A stretch of 64,000 nucleotides of DNA from an uncultured Desulfatitalea sp. GTDB taxonomy: Bacteria > Desulfobacterota > Desulfobacteria > Desulfobacterales > Desulfosarcinaceae. Numbering within the stretch: the stretch's first letter is position 1; each line of letters starts with the position of its first letter. A program made the position numbers and the translations under genes. The notes below the pieces were generated by a model that was given only the letters and a program-made list of their open reading frames with translations, was not told the origin of the DNA and searched no databases. Positions 48,866 to 57,743 of this stretch are shown here, one piece after another. Location: positions 32,001 through 96,000 of the forward strand of contig CAXXMB010000002.1 of the NCBI GenBank assembly GCA_963668675.2. Reading direction: 5' to 3'.

Positions 48866-50197
48866 CTATGATGCAATGATCGATGCCGACTGCCTGGCAT
48901 CGGCCAGCACCTTGGCCTGGTCGATCCCCTTCAGCACCCTCTCCTCCATGACCACCTTGCCGTTTATGATCGAGTGGCGCACGTCATCCCCTCGCGCCGC
49001 ATAGACCAGATGAGAGATGGGATCATACATGGGCGTCAGATGGGGTTTGGCCGTATCCACCACAATCACATCGGCCCTTTTACCCGGCGCGATGGTGCCG
49101 ATGGTCCCCTCCATACCCAGCACACGGGCCGCATCTGAGGTGACCATCCGCAGGGTTGTTGCCGCGTCCATCACCGTCGGATCCAGCCGTTTCACCTTGT
49201 GCAGCTTGGCGGCCATATCCATTTCAGTGAACAGGTCCAGGTTGTTGTTGCTGGCGCAGCCGTCGGTACCCAATCCCACACAGACGCCCGCGGCCAGCAA
49301 TTCCGGTACCGGCGCAATACCCGAAGCCAACTTCATATTGCTCTCGGGGTTGTGAGACACCTTCACGTCGAACCGGGATAGCAGATCGATGTCATCAGCG
49401 GTAAGGACGACCCCGTGACAGGCCACCATATTGGGGCCCAGCACCTCTAAATTGGCCAGGTGCCCCACCGGTGTGGCCCCGTACTTCTCCTTGATTTGAG
49501 CTGCTTCACTCTGGGTCTCGGCCACATGAATCACCAGAAGTGCGCCATTCTCCCCGGCCAAGCGGGCAGCCCGTTCGAGAAGGGATGGCTGACACAGGTA
49601 GGGAGAGTGCGGTTCGACTGCGATGCGGATCAAGGAATCGCCGGCCCAGCGCTCCATCATCCGGGCCGTATATTCGAATCCCTTTTCGATGGCCCCGTAG
49701 TTGGGTGACGGAAAGTCGTAAAGCACCTCGCCGACCACCGCTCGCATGCCGCACTCAAGCGCAGCTTCGGCCACGGCATCCTCATAGAGGTACATGTCGC
49801 AAAAACAAGTTGTCCCCGAACGGATCATCTCTGCACAAGCCAACCGGGTGCCCTGGCGAACCATCTCTTCGGTCAGTTTGGCCTCGGCCGGAAAAATGTG
49901 GTCGTTGAGCCAGCTCATGAGGGGCAAGTCGTCGGCCAACCCCCGGAAAAGAGCCATGGCTGCGTGGGTATGAGTATTGATCAGCCCAGGCAGAATCAAT
50001 CCCCCCTGGGCATCGATGACCTGTTTCGCATCGTGCGGATCGAAGTCGCCGTCCGGCCCGACAGCCACGATGGCCTCACCTGCAATGGCGACACTGCCCC
50101 CCTCGATACGGGTACCGTCCCTGTCCATGCACAGGAGAGTGCCATTGCGGACAAGCAGATCGACGGCACTCTTCTCACGGACGGCATCCGAAGGCAT
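48866..50197 (-). CDS. mtaD: MTA/SAH deaminase-family amidohydrolase (paralog 1)
   Basis: NTHTHAAM; HSPYLC; HVAET; HNPESNMKL; GTDGCASNN. Confidence 0.78.
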   Translation of the reverse strand: MPSDAVREKSAVDLLVRNGTLLCMDRDGTRIEGGSVAIAGEAIVAVGPDGDFDPHDAKQVIDAQGGLILPGLINTHTHAAMALFRGLADDLPLMSWLNDHIFPAEAKLTEEMVRQGTRLACAEMIRSGTTCFCDMYLYEDAVAEAALECGMRAVVGEVLYDFPSPNYGAIEKGFEYTARMMERWAGDSLIRIAVEPHSPYLCQPSLLERAARLAGENGALLVIHVAETQSEAAQIKEKYGATPVGHLANLEVLGPNMVACHGVVLTADDIDLLSRFDVKVSHNPESNMKLASGIAPVPELLAAGVCVGLGTDGCASNNNLDLFTEMDMAAKLHKVKRLDPTVMDAATTLRMVTSDAARVLGMEGTIGTIAPGKRADVIVVDTAKPHLTPMYDPISHLVYAARGDDVRHSIINGKVVMEERVLKGIDQAKVLADARQSASIIAS

Positions 50198-50216
50198 GGC
50201 ACTCTCCCCTAAGGGC

Positions 50217-51077
50217 TTACGCCCCATGATCGTTGGCAAGGCGGCTCACCACCCCCCTGATGATGGCGGCCAATCGAGGTGTCGCAGCCTCGGCCACGGC
50301 GATGATTTCATCGACACCGGCGGGGATGGGGGCATCCGGCAGGCACACATTTGTTATCGTCGAAAGCCCCAGCACGCGCATACCGCCATGCACCGCCGCA
50401 ATAGTCTCCATAACCGTCGAAAAACCTACGGCATCCGCGCCGATGGTCCTTAAAAACCGCATCTCTGCCGGAGTTTCGAGGGAGGGCCCCTTCAAACCGG
50501 CGTAGACACCTTTCTGCACGCCATCACCCGCCCCCTCTGCCGCATCCAGAGCCAACTGCTGCAAACGGGTATCATAGGCAGACGTCATATCGGGAAATCG
50601 CGGTCCCCATTCGCTCTCGTTCTCTCCGACCAGGGGATTGGCTCCGGTCAAGTTGATGTGATCGCCGATTACCATGATGTCCCCGGGCCCAAAGGATGGA
50701 TTCAGTCCGCCGGAGGCGTTGGTGATGACGAGGTTGCGAATACCAAACGCCTGCAGTACCCGAATGGGAAAAACAACAGCCTTTGGGCCATAGCCCTCGT
50801 AGAGATGAAAGCGTCCCAGGAGGAGGAGGATGGGTCGACCGGCCATGCTACCGGCCACCAGGCGTCCTGCATGGGACTGCACCGTAGAGGCCGGAAAGTA
50901 GGGAATCTGGCCATATTCGATACTGGCTTGCACCTCGCATGCATCCACCATGTCCCCCAGTCCGGTGCCCGCCAATATGGCCGTTCGGGGTTCGGTTGAA
51001 ATGGTCTGCCGCAGGATGTCGACCGCTTCGGACACCTCCTGCCTTCCGTATTGTGATGGCGATATACTATTTTGCAT
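50217..51077 (-). CDS. purine-nucleoside phosphorylase (trimeric type)
   Basis: GTGLG; GRFHLYEG; TNASGG; GPSLETPAE; DAVGFSTV. Confidence 0.9.
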   Translation of the reverse strand: MQNSISPSQYGRQEVSEAVDILRQTISTEPRTAILAGTGLGDMVDACEVQASIEYGQIPYFPASTVQSHAGRLVAGSMAGRPILLLLGRFHLYEGYGPKAVVFPIRVLQAFGIRNLVITNASGGLNPSFGPGDIMVIGDHINLTGANPLVGENESEWGPRFPDMTSAYDTRLQQLALDAAEGAGDGVQKGVYAGLKGPSLETPAEMRFLRTIGADAVGFSTVMETIAAVHGGMRVLGLSTITNVCLPDAPIPAGVDEIIAVAEAATPRLAAIIRGVVSRLANDHGA

Positions 51078-51437
51078 GGATGCTCCCGGCAAAACAAATG
51101 CCTGCCCTGTTGAATCTTGCGGAACAGCGTTCCTCCCAAAAGAGGGTAAAAAGGCATTTGGAAAAAGTTGCTGTTGTATATGCCAGGGGCTGCCGAACGT
51201 CAACCCGATGCGGGTCCGGCAGGGCGGCAACCGATCCGAAAGCGTCAGCGTATCGTGCGTCAAGGCGGCATTTTCCTTGAATTTTAACCTCTTTTTACCG
51301 CTGCTTTGATTGACTTTTTCCAAGCTTTATGAGATGTTGCCGGTCTGTAAATTTGTGTTCAAAAGCGGCAACTTCGGTAATCCGCTGCCGATCCCGACGG
51401 CTGATCCCACGAGGTTATACCCATTAAGGAGAAAGAT

Positions 51438-51932
51438 ATGAACGCGCTCGGACACCCTGAACATCCTGACGTGACAGAACAGATGTGGGCTAACATCGAT
51501 CAAGCGATCCAAACCCATCGCTCCGTTTCCGGCTCGATCATCACGGTTCTCAGGGAGTGCCAGGATATTGTGGGATATCTGCCCGTAGCGTTGCTCGACT
51601 ATATCGGCCAGGGAATGAACCTGCCCAGCAGTGAAGTCTATGGGGTGGCTTCTTTCTACTCCCTCTTCTCCATGACCCCCAAGGGCCGTCACACGATCAA
51701 ACTCTGCCTGGGAACGGCCTGTTATGTCAAAGGCATCAAAGAAGTCATGACCCGCATAGAGAATCAATACCAGGTCAAAGAGGGAGAGACGACCGAAGAT
51801 CGACGATTTTCCCTGCAAGGTGTCCGTTGCCTGGGCGCTTGCGGTCTGGCCCCAGTCATGGTGGTGGGACAGGACACCCATGGCGATATCAGTTCCGACA
51901 AAATTATCGATATTCTTGAAAAGTATCAATAG
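51438..51932 (+). CDS. NuoE/HydC-like [2Fe-2S] subunit
   Basis: GVASFYS; CLGTACYVKG; RCLGACGLAP. Confidence 0.9.
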   Translation: MNALGHPEHPDVTEQMWANIDQAIQTHRSVSGSIITVLRECQDIVGYLPVALLDYIGQGMNLPSSEVYGVASFYSLFSMTPKGRHTIKLCLGTACYVKGIKEVMTRIENQYQVKEGETTEDRRFSLQGVRCLGACGLAPVMVVGQDTHGDISSDKIIDILEKYQ

Positions 51933-51983
51933 TGCCAAAAAGGAAAAGAAATTGGAAAGGAATCCTTTCATAGGAATGCGTAT

Positions 51984-52337
51984 ATGAAGATAAACGAACT
52001 GAAAGAGATACTCAAAGCGACGATCCTGGTCGGCGAGGACCAAATGGACCGCGTCATCATGGGAGGTGGCGCAGCAGATCTGATGGATGATGTGCTGGCC
52101 GCCGCTGCGAAGGATTGCGTGCTTTTGACAGGCGTCACCACCCCCCAGGTGGTCCAGACCGCCCGGATCGCACAGGTGTGCGCCATTGTGATTGTGCGCA
52201 AGAAGAAACCGTCGCAGGATGTCATCGATTTGGCCAGCTCCTACAACATTCCCTTGATGTTGACCGACTATTCTCTGTTTGTAGCCTGCGGTCGTCTCTA
52301 CATGAATGGCATCAGAGGTTTGGATGGGTCCTGGTAG
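51984..52337 (+). CDS. DRTGG domain protein
   Basis: ADLMDDVL; LLTGVTTPQVVQTA; IVRKKKP; ACGRLY. Confidence 0.8.
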   Translation: MKINELKEILKATILVGEDQMDRVIMGGGAADLMDDVLAAAAKDCVLLTGVTTPQVVQTARIAQVCAIVIVRKKKPSQDVIDLASSYNIPLMLTDYSLFVACGRLYMNGIRGLDGSW

Positions 52338-52368
52338 TACGTCAGCCAATTGATCTTTAATCTGAAGG

Positions 52369-54225
52369 ATGAGCGACATGCCGAAATTCACCGTGGACGA
52401 TCTTCAATCGATCAAAGCGACACATGCCGATCGGTTGGCTTTTAAGGACAAAACCTACCTCCTGATTTGCGGCGGTACGGGTTGTCACGCCACCGGAAGT
52501 ATAAAGGTCAAGGAGGCGCTGCTCAGCGAATTGGCTGCCAAGCAGTTGCAGGACAAGGTGGAGGTGGTGGAGACCGGATGCAACGGCTTTTGTGCCGTGG
52601 GGCCCTTGATGGTGGTGCATCCGGGCGACGTCTTTTATCAGAAAATCGCCATCGAGGATATCCCCACCATCGTGCAGAGCCACCTGATCGATGGAAAACC
52701 GGTAGAGAAACTGCTTTACAAGGATCCGGCATCCAAGCAGCGCATTGCAGTGCAAACCGAGATTCCGTTCTTTGCCAACCAAATGCCACGCGCCCTGCGC
52801 AACAAAGGGCTCATCAACCCGGAATCCATCGACGATTACATTGCCAGGGACGGCTACCTGGGAACGGCAAAGGCGCTGAACGACCTCACGCCGGAACAGA
52901 TCATCGAAGAGCTGCTCCAATCCGGACTCAGGGGCCGTGGCGGTGCCGGCTTTCCCACCGGCGTCAAGTGGGATTTTGCCCGTAAGAGCCCCGGTGAGAT
53001 CAAATATGTCCTGTGCAATGCAGACGAAGGCGATCCCGGTGCGTTTATGGATCGCAGCATTCTGGAGGCCGACCCGCACTCGGTTCTTGAGGGCATGATA
53101 ATCGCCGCCAAAGCCATCAATGCCCACAAAGGGTATATCTACGCCCGTACCGAGTACCCCCTGGCCATCAGGCGATTGAAAATTGCCATCGGGCAGGCCA
53201 AAGAGAGGGGATTGCTCGGCGACGATATTCTGGGGTCCGGATTCGATTTCGACATCGAGATCTATCAAGGCGCCGGTGCATTTGTCTGCGGCGAGGAGAC
53301 CGCATTGATGCGCTCGATCGAGGGGCGCCGAGGTATGCCGCGTCCAAGGCCGCCATTTCCGGCCCTTAAGGGTCTGTGGGAGAAGCCGACGATCCTCAAC
53401 AACGTCGAGACCCTTTGTAATGTCCCCCAGATCATCCGCAAGGGGGGTGCGTGGTACGCATCGGTCGGCACCGAAACAAGCAAAGGCACCAAGGTCTTTG
53501 CCCTGTCGGGAGATGTAAACAACATCGGGCTGGTCGAAGTGCCCATGGGAACCACCCTGCGCACGCTGATCTACGACATCGGCGGCGGCATCCCGAAAAA
53601 GCGCAAGTTCAAGGCGGTTCAATTGGGCGGCCCCTCCGGTGGCTGCATTCCCGAACATCTCCTCGACACACCGGTGGATTACGAAGAGATCGCCAAGGTG
53701 GGTGCCATCATGGGCTCCGGCGGCGTCATCGTCATGGATGAAAACACCTGCATGGTGGACATGGCGCGCTTCTTCATGGAGTTCATCCAGGAGGAGTCCT
53801 GCGGCAAGTGCACCCCCTGCCGCGAAGGCACCCGCCGCCTGCTCCAGTTACTCGTGAAGATCTGTGAAGGGCGCGGCGAACCTGGAGATATCGAAACCAT
53901 GGAAGAGCTCTCCGGGGTCATCCGTGAAACCGCGCTGTGCGGCCTGGGCCAGACCGGCCCCAACCCGGTGCTCTCTACCCTGCGCTATTTCCGGGATGAA
54001 TTTGAAGCCCACATCTATGAACGCCGCTGTCCGGCCAAACGGTGCGTCGAGCTGCTTCGGTTCGAGGTCGACCCGGAGCTGTGTACCAAATGCGGCTTAT
54101 GCTCGCGAGCCTGCCCGGTGGACGCCATCGAGTGGCAGAAGAAAGAGGTGGCCAAAATCGACAAGGAAAAGTGTATCAAGTGCTTGACCTGTTATGATAA
54201 ATGTAAGTTTGGCGCTATCATGTAG
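52369..54225 (+). CDS. NuoF/HydB-like NADH/FMN-binding subunit (electron-bifurcating type)
   Basis: N-terminal CGGTGC/GCNGFC [2Fe-2S]; LRGRGGAGFP; NADEGDPGAFMDR; GGPSGGC; SCGKCTPCREG; HIYERRCPAKRC; C-terminal 2x[4Fe-4S]. Confidence 0.9.
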   Translation: MSDMPKFTVDDLQSIKATHADRLAFKDKTYLLICGGTGCHATGSIKVKEALLSELAAKQLQDKVEVVETGCNGFCAVGPLMVVHPGDVFYQKIAIEDIPTIVQSHLIDGKPVEKLLYKDPASKQRIAVQTEIPFFANQMPRALRNKGLINPESIDDYIARDGYLGTAKALNDLTPEQIIEELLQSGLRGRGGAGFPTGVKWDFARKSPGEIKYVLCNADEGDPGAFMDRSILEADPHSVLEGMIIAAKAINAHKGYIYARTEYPLAIRRLKIAIGQAKERGLLGDDILGSGFDFDIEIYQGAGAFVCGEETALMRSIEGRRGMPRPRPPFPALKGLWEKPTILNNVETLCNVPQIIRKGGAWYASVGTETSKGTKVFALSGDVNNIGLVEVPMGTTLRTLIYDIGGGIPKKRKFKAVQLGGPSGGCIPEHLLDTPVDYEEIAKVGAIMGSGGVIVMDENTCMVDMARFFMEFIQEESCGKCTPCREGTRRLLQLLVKICEGRGEPGDIETMEELSGVIRETALCGLGQTGPNPVLSTLRYFRDEFEAHIYERRCPAKRCVELLRFEVDPELCTKCGLCSRACPVDAIEWQKKEVAKIDKEKCIKCLTCYDKCKFGAIM

Positions 54226-54287
54226 CTGCCAGTTTATTCGGGCCCGATCGAGCGAGCCCTAAAAGATCCTTTGAGGAGAACAATCCA

Positions 54288-56348
54288 ATGGGAATGGGAA
54301 TAGCAGTCGTTCTGATGGGCGGATTGGGACTGGTGGTCGGTATCGGCCTGGCCATCGCCTCCAAAATCTTCTATGTCTATGTGGACCCTAAAATCCTGGC
54401 GGTGGACGATGCCTTGCCAGGCGCCAACTGCGGCGGATGCGGCTATCCCGGCTGCTCCTCCAACGCCGAAGCCATTGTGGCCGGCAAATCGGCACCCAAC
54501 TCCTGTGTGGCCGCCGGTCCGGAAGTGGCCGAAGCCATTGCCGCTATCCTGGGGGTCAGCGTGGAAGCCAAGGAGCCGGATATCGCCCTTCCCGGCTGCA
54601 CATATGGGGTTGCGGAGGCCGACACCAAGTATCTCTATGACGGCTTGAACGATTGCCGCGCCGCTGCCATGCTCAATGGCGGCATGAAAGTGTGCACCAT
54701 CGGATGTCTCGGCCTGGGCACCTGCGCCAAGGTCTGTCCGTTCGATGCCATCGTCATGGGTCCCGACGGGCTGCCGAAGGTGATCGAAAGCCGTTGCACG
54801 GGATGCGGCACATGTGAGCGTGCTTGCCCGAAGCATATCATCACCCTCTCTTCCGTGACCCGGCGAATTCTCAAAGAGTACACCACTGAAGATTGCACCA
54901 CGCCGTGCCAGCGGGCGTGCCCGGCCGGCATCAACATCAGCGCCTATATCGGTGCCATCGCTCAGGGGGATGATGACAAAGCCGTTCAGGTCATCAAGGA
55001 GCGCAACCCCTTCCCCACCGTTATCGGCCGTATCTGCCCGCGCCCCTGTGAAAACGAATGCCGTCGCCAATATGTCGACGAACCGGTGGCCATCAACTTT
55101 CTGAAGCGTTACGCCGCCGACCAGGAGATGGTGAAAGGAACCCACGTCCAGCCCTTCAAAGCACCGGATACCGGCCGCAGGGTAGCTGTTATCGGCGGTG
55201 GTGTGGAGGGGCTCTCGGCCGCCTTCTTTTCAGCCCGCCTGGGTCATGAAACCAAGGTCATCGAAGCACAATCCAAGATGGGCGGGCTTCTGAGAAGTGC
55301 CATTGCCAAGTACCGACTCCCTGAAAAAGTACTCGACTGGGACGTTGAAGGCATCGAGCAGATGGGGGTCAAGATGGAAACCGACAAGGCCCTCGGCCGC
55401 GATGTTTCCGTGACCGATCTTCTTTCGGAGGGGTATCAGGCCGTATTTCTGGCCGTTGGCGGCTGGGACAGCCGACTGGCACGAACAGGGGGCGGCGGCG
55501 ACACCAACCCCGTACCGGGATGCCATCTGCTGATCGATGTGGCCAAATCTGGCAGCGAAGGATATCCGCAGGTTCGTCTCGACGGCCGGGTGATGATCGT
55601 CGGCAGCCCCAGACTGTCGTCCGCTTTGATTCAACGATGCAAGGAGTTGGGCGCCGGGCAGATTTCGCTGCTGATGAAAGAGGCAGATATCAGCGACATC
55701 GATATGACCGATATCGAGCTTTTTGCCGGCAAGGGCGTCAGTCGCCTCTTTGGTGAAACGGACCGCCTCACCTCGGTGGAGTTGACCGACCTGAGCAGCG
55801 GCGACAGTGAAATCGCTGATGTCGACCATCTCATTTTTGCTTCGGGACGCGTTCCCGAGTTGATATTTCTGCCGGTAGAGGCGCCGGAAGAGGGGGAAGA
55901 GAACGCTGCTCAGATAGTGCCGGGAGCGTGGGAAGCACTGCCTCCCTATAAACAGCCGGCTTCCCACCATGAGATCGGGTTGATGTCAAAAGGGGACAAC
56001 CTCACCGACTTCCAGGCGGCCATCAAAGCCATCGCAGCCGGACGCCGGGCAGCGGCATCGATTAACCGTTGTCTCTACCATCTGCCCCTGGATCAACCCG
56101 ACAATGTGGTGTCACCGGAGACCATGGTGCAGAACGTCGACCGTGTCTCCAATGTGCCGACGAAAGTGCGTCAGATTATGCCCCTGGCTGGCCCGGCGAA
56201 AACAGCCCAGGGCCAGGAGTTGGAGATGGGCTTCAGCCCGGAGGCGGCCAAAGCGGAAGCGGACCGCTGTCTGCAATGCGGCCTCATCTGTTACCTGCGT
56301 GACCAAAATCAGGATGCCGCAGAGCACGAGGTTAAGGCGTGCGGGTAG
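54288..56348 (+). CDS. RnfB fused to a GltD/NfnL-like FAD oxidoreductase domain
   Basis: N-terminal TM helix; LPGANCGGCGYPGC; GCLGLGTC; CTGCGTC; then PCQRACP, GRICPRPCENEC, VAVIGGGVEGL, EADRCLQCG. Confidence 0.85.
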   Translation: MGMGIAVVLMGGLGLVVGIGLAIASKIFYVYVDPKILAVDDALPGANCGGCGYPGCSSNAEAIVAGKSAPNSCVAAGPEVAEAIAAILGVSVEAKEPDIALPGCTYGVAEADTKYLYDGLNDCRAAAMLNGGMKVCTIGCLGLGTCAKVCPFDAIVMGPDGLPKVIESRCTGCGTCERACPKHIITLSSVTRRILKEYTTEDCTTPCQRACPAGINISAYIGAIAQGDDDKAVQVIKERNPFPTVIGRICPRPCENECRRQYVDEPVAINFLKRYAADQEMVKGTHVQPFKAPDTGRRVAVIGGGVEGLSAAFFSARLGHETKVIEAQSKMGGLLRSAIAKYRLPEKVLDWDVEGIEQMGVKMETDKALGRDVSVTDLLSEGYQAVFLAVGGWDSRLARTGGGGDTNPVPGCHLLIDVAKSGSEGYPQVRLDGRVMIVGSPRLSSALIQRCKELGAGQISLLMKEADISDIDMTDIELFAGKGVSRLFGETDRLTSVELTDLSSGDSEIADVDHLIFASGRVPELIFLPVEAPEEGEENAAQIVPGAWEALPPYKQPASHHEIGLMSKGDNLTDFQAAIKAIAAGRRAAASINRCLYHLPLDQPDNVVSPETMVQNVDRVSNVPTKVRQIMPLAGPAKTAQGQELEMGFSPEAAKAEADRCLQCGLICYLRDQNQDAAEHEVKACG

Positions 56349-56413
56349 TCTAATAAACGAGTGGCGAAAGTGGACAAAATAGACAGAGCGCCTTTACTTT
56401 CAACTTTCAACTT

Positions 56414-56569
56414 AATGTCATTAACTTAAGCGGATGCAATGGGCGGGCATAAAGCCCGCCCCTACGAAGGATGAGTAGAAATTAATTCTGTCACAACACA
56501 AGAACCGTGTAGGGGCGGGCTTTATGCTCGTACGGATCGGTAGCTGAAAAGCCTTAAGTTAATGACATT
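56414..56569. mobile_element. MITE/REPIN-like element: GTAG-REP doublet inside 17-bp terminal inverted repeats
   Basis: AATGTCATTAACTTAAG...CTTAAGTTAATGACATT perfect IR enclosing two inverted GTAG REPs. Confidence 0.7.
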
Positions 56570-56622
56570 GACTTTCAACTTTAAACTTATAACTTCCCTG
56601 CAAAGCGGGGCCGGTATCAACC

Positions 56623-57135
56623 ATGGCCATTGAACAAGGCATCGTCATTCGAATGGGGCCGCAGGCGTCGGGAACGGCTTGGGTAAAGACCGCGAGGTCA
56701 AGCGCCTGTGAGTCCTGCGCATCAAGAGATAGCTGCAACCCGGATGGGGGAGGCGCTATGCAGGAAGTGGAGGCACTCAACAAAGCCGGCGCTAAAGTGG
56801 GAGATCGCATCCAACTGATGGTCGGAACCGGTGCCGTGCTCAAAGCGATCTCTCTCCTCTATCTATTCCCTATCCTTAGCATGATCGGTGGAGGGGTCCT
56901 CGGAGACTGGATGGCACCCGGGTTGGGCTTGCACCCTTCGGTCGCTTCAGCTATGATGGCATTTATACTGTTTGCGGTTGCGCTGCTTATCGTACGCCTG
57001 AGCGGCCAGCGCATGGCCCGCAAAGAAGCATATCGACCCAAAATTATACGCATCCTGAGAAACCACACCGGGACGCTGGTAGCGGCTGAAACCGAAGCGT
57101 GCCCCACCCAGGGCCCCAACCCAAAACAGGGATAA
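56623..57135 (+). CDS. rseC: RseC/MucC family membrane protein
   Basis: RSSACESCASRDSC; NKAGAKVGDRI; LYLFP; two TM helices. Confidence 0.85.
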   Translation: MAIEQGIVIRMGPQASGTAWVKTARSSACESCASRDSCNPDGGGAMQEVEALNKAGAKVGDRIQLMVGTGAVLKAISLLYLFPILSMIGGGVLGDWMAPGLGLHPSVASAMMAFILFAVALLIVRLSGQRMARKEAYRPKIIRILRNHTGTLVAAETEACPTQGPNPKQG

Positions 57136-57141
57136 TAAGGT

Positions 57142-57618
57142 ATGGTTGAGAAGGTTTTCATTACGAGCAACGACACAGCCACCTTCGTCTGCCCCCAGTG
57201 CGGCAACGTCACCACTGCCGATGTTTCCCGATTTGCATCCATCAACAGGAGAATTACCGTCAATTGCAACTGCAACTGTGGTCATCGTTTTAAAGTGTCC
57301 CTGGAGAAAAGGCGCCAGTACCGAAAAACCACAGACCTGCCAGGCGTATACTACTGTCGTGCGAAAAATGGCGACATCGATAAAGGTAACATGCGCGTGG
57401 TCGATATCTCTTCCACCGGAATCAAGCTCAAACTGAACGTGGAGCGGCACTTCGATGTCGGAGAGACGATCAGGGCCGAATTTCACCTGGATGACAAGCG
57501 ACACACATTCATTAAAAAACAGATCATCGTGCGCAACGTTTACAAGAACCTTGTCGGCACGTCGTTTGCCCCCGGCGAAGGGGATGACCCCAACCTGGGT
57601 TTCTATCTGATGTCCTGA
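57142..57618 (+). CDS. PilZ domain protein with N-terminal zinc ribbon
   Basis: CPQC...CNCGH; RRQYR and DISSTG PilZ motifs. Confidence 0.8.
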   Translation: MVEKVFITSNDTATFVCPQCGNVTTADVSRFASINRRITVNCNCNCGHRFKVSLEKRRQYRKTTDLPGVYYCRAKNGDIDKGNMRVVDISSTGIKLKLNVERHFDVGETIRAEFHLDDKRHTFIKKQIIVRNVYKNLVGTSFAPGEGDDPNLGFYLMS

Positions 57619-57743
57619 TTGGCACCTTTCCCACACGGCCCGTGCAACCCTAAGATTATCAACCCATTGCCGATACCCTCAATGACGGTTCTGCCACCGA
57701 AACCGTCGAACGATGGCCAAGTTTAACATAGGGTATTAAAATA

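Noticed and set aside
28662..53658. Other long antisense ORFs (29588-30865, 36247-37710, 45529-46965, 51327-52391, 52357-53658)
   Set aside because: They overlap well-supported genes on the other strand and lack domain signatures.
51438..54225. Respiratory complex I nuoEF
   Set aside because: No other nuo genes are present, and NuoF has the extra Fe-S domains of the HydB type.
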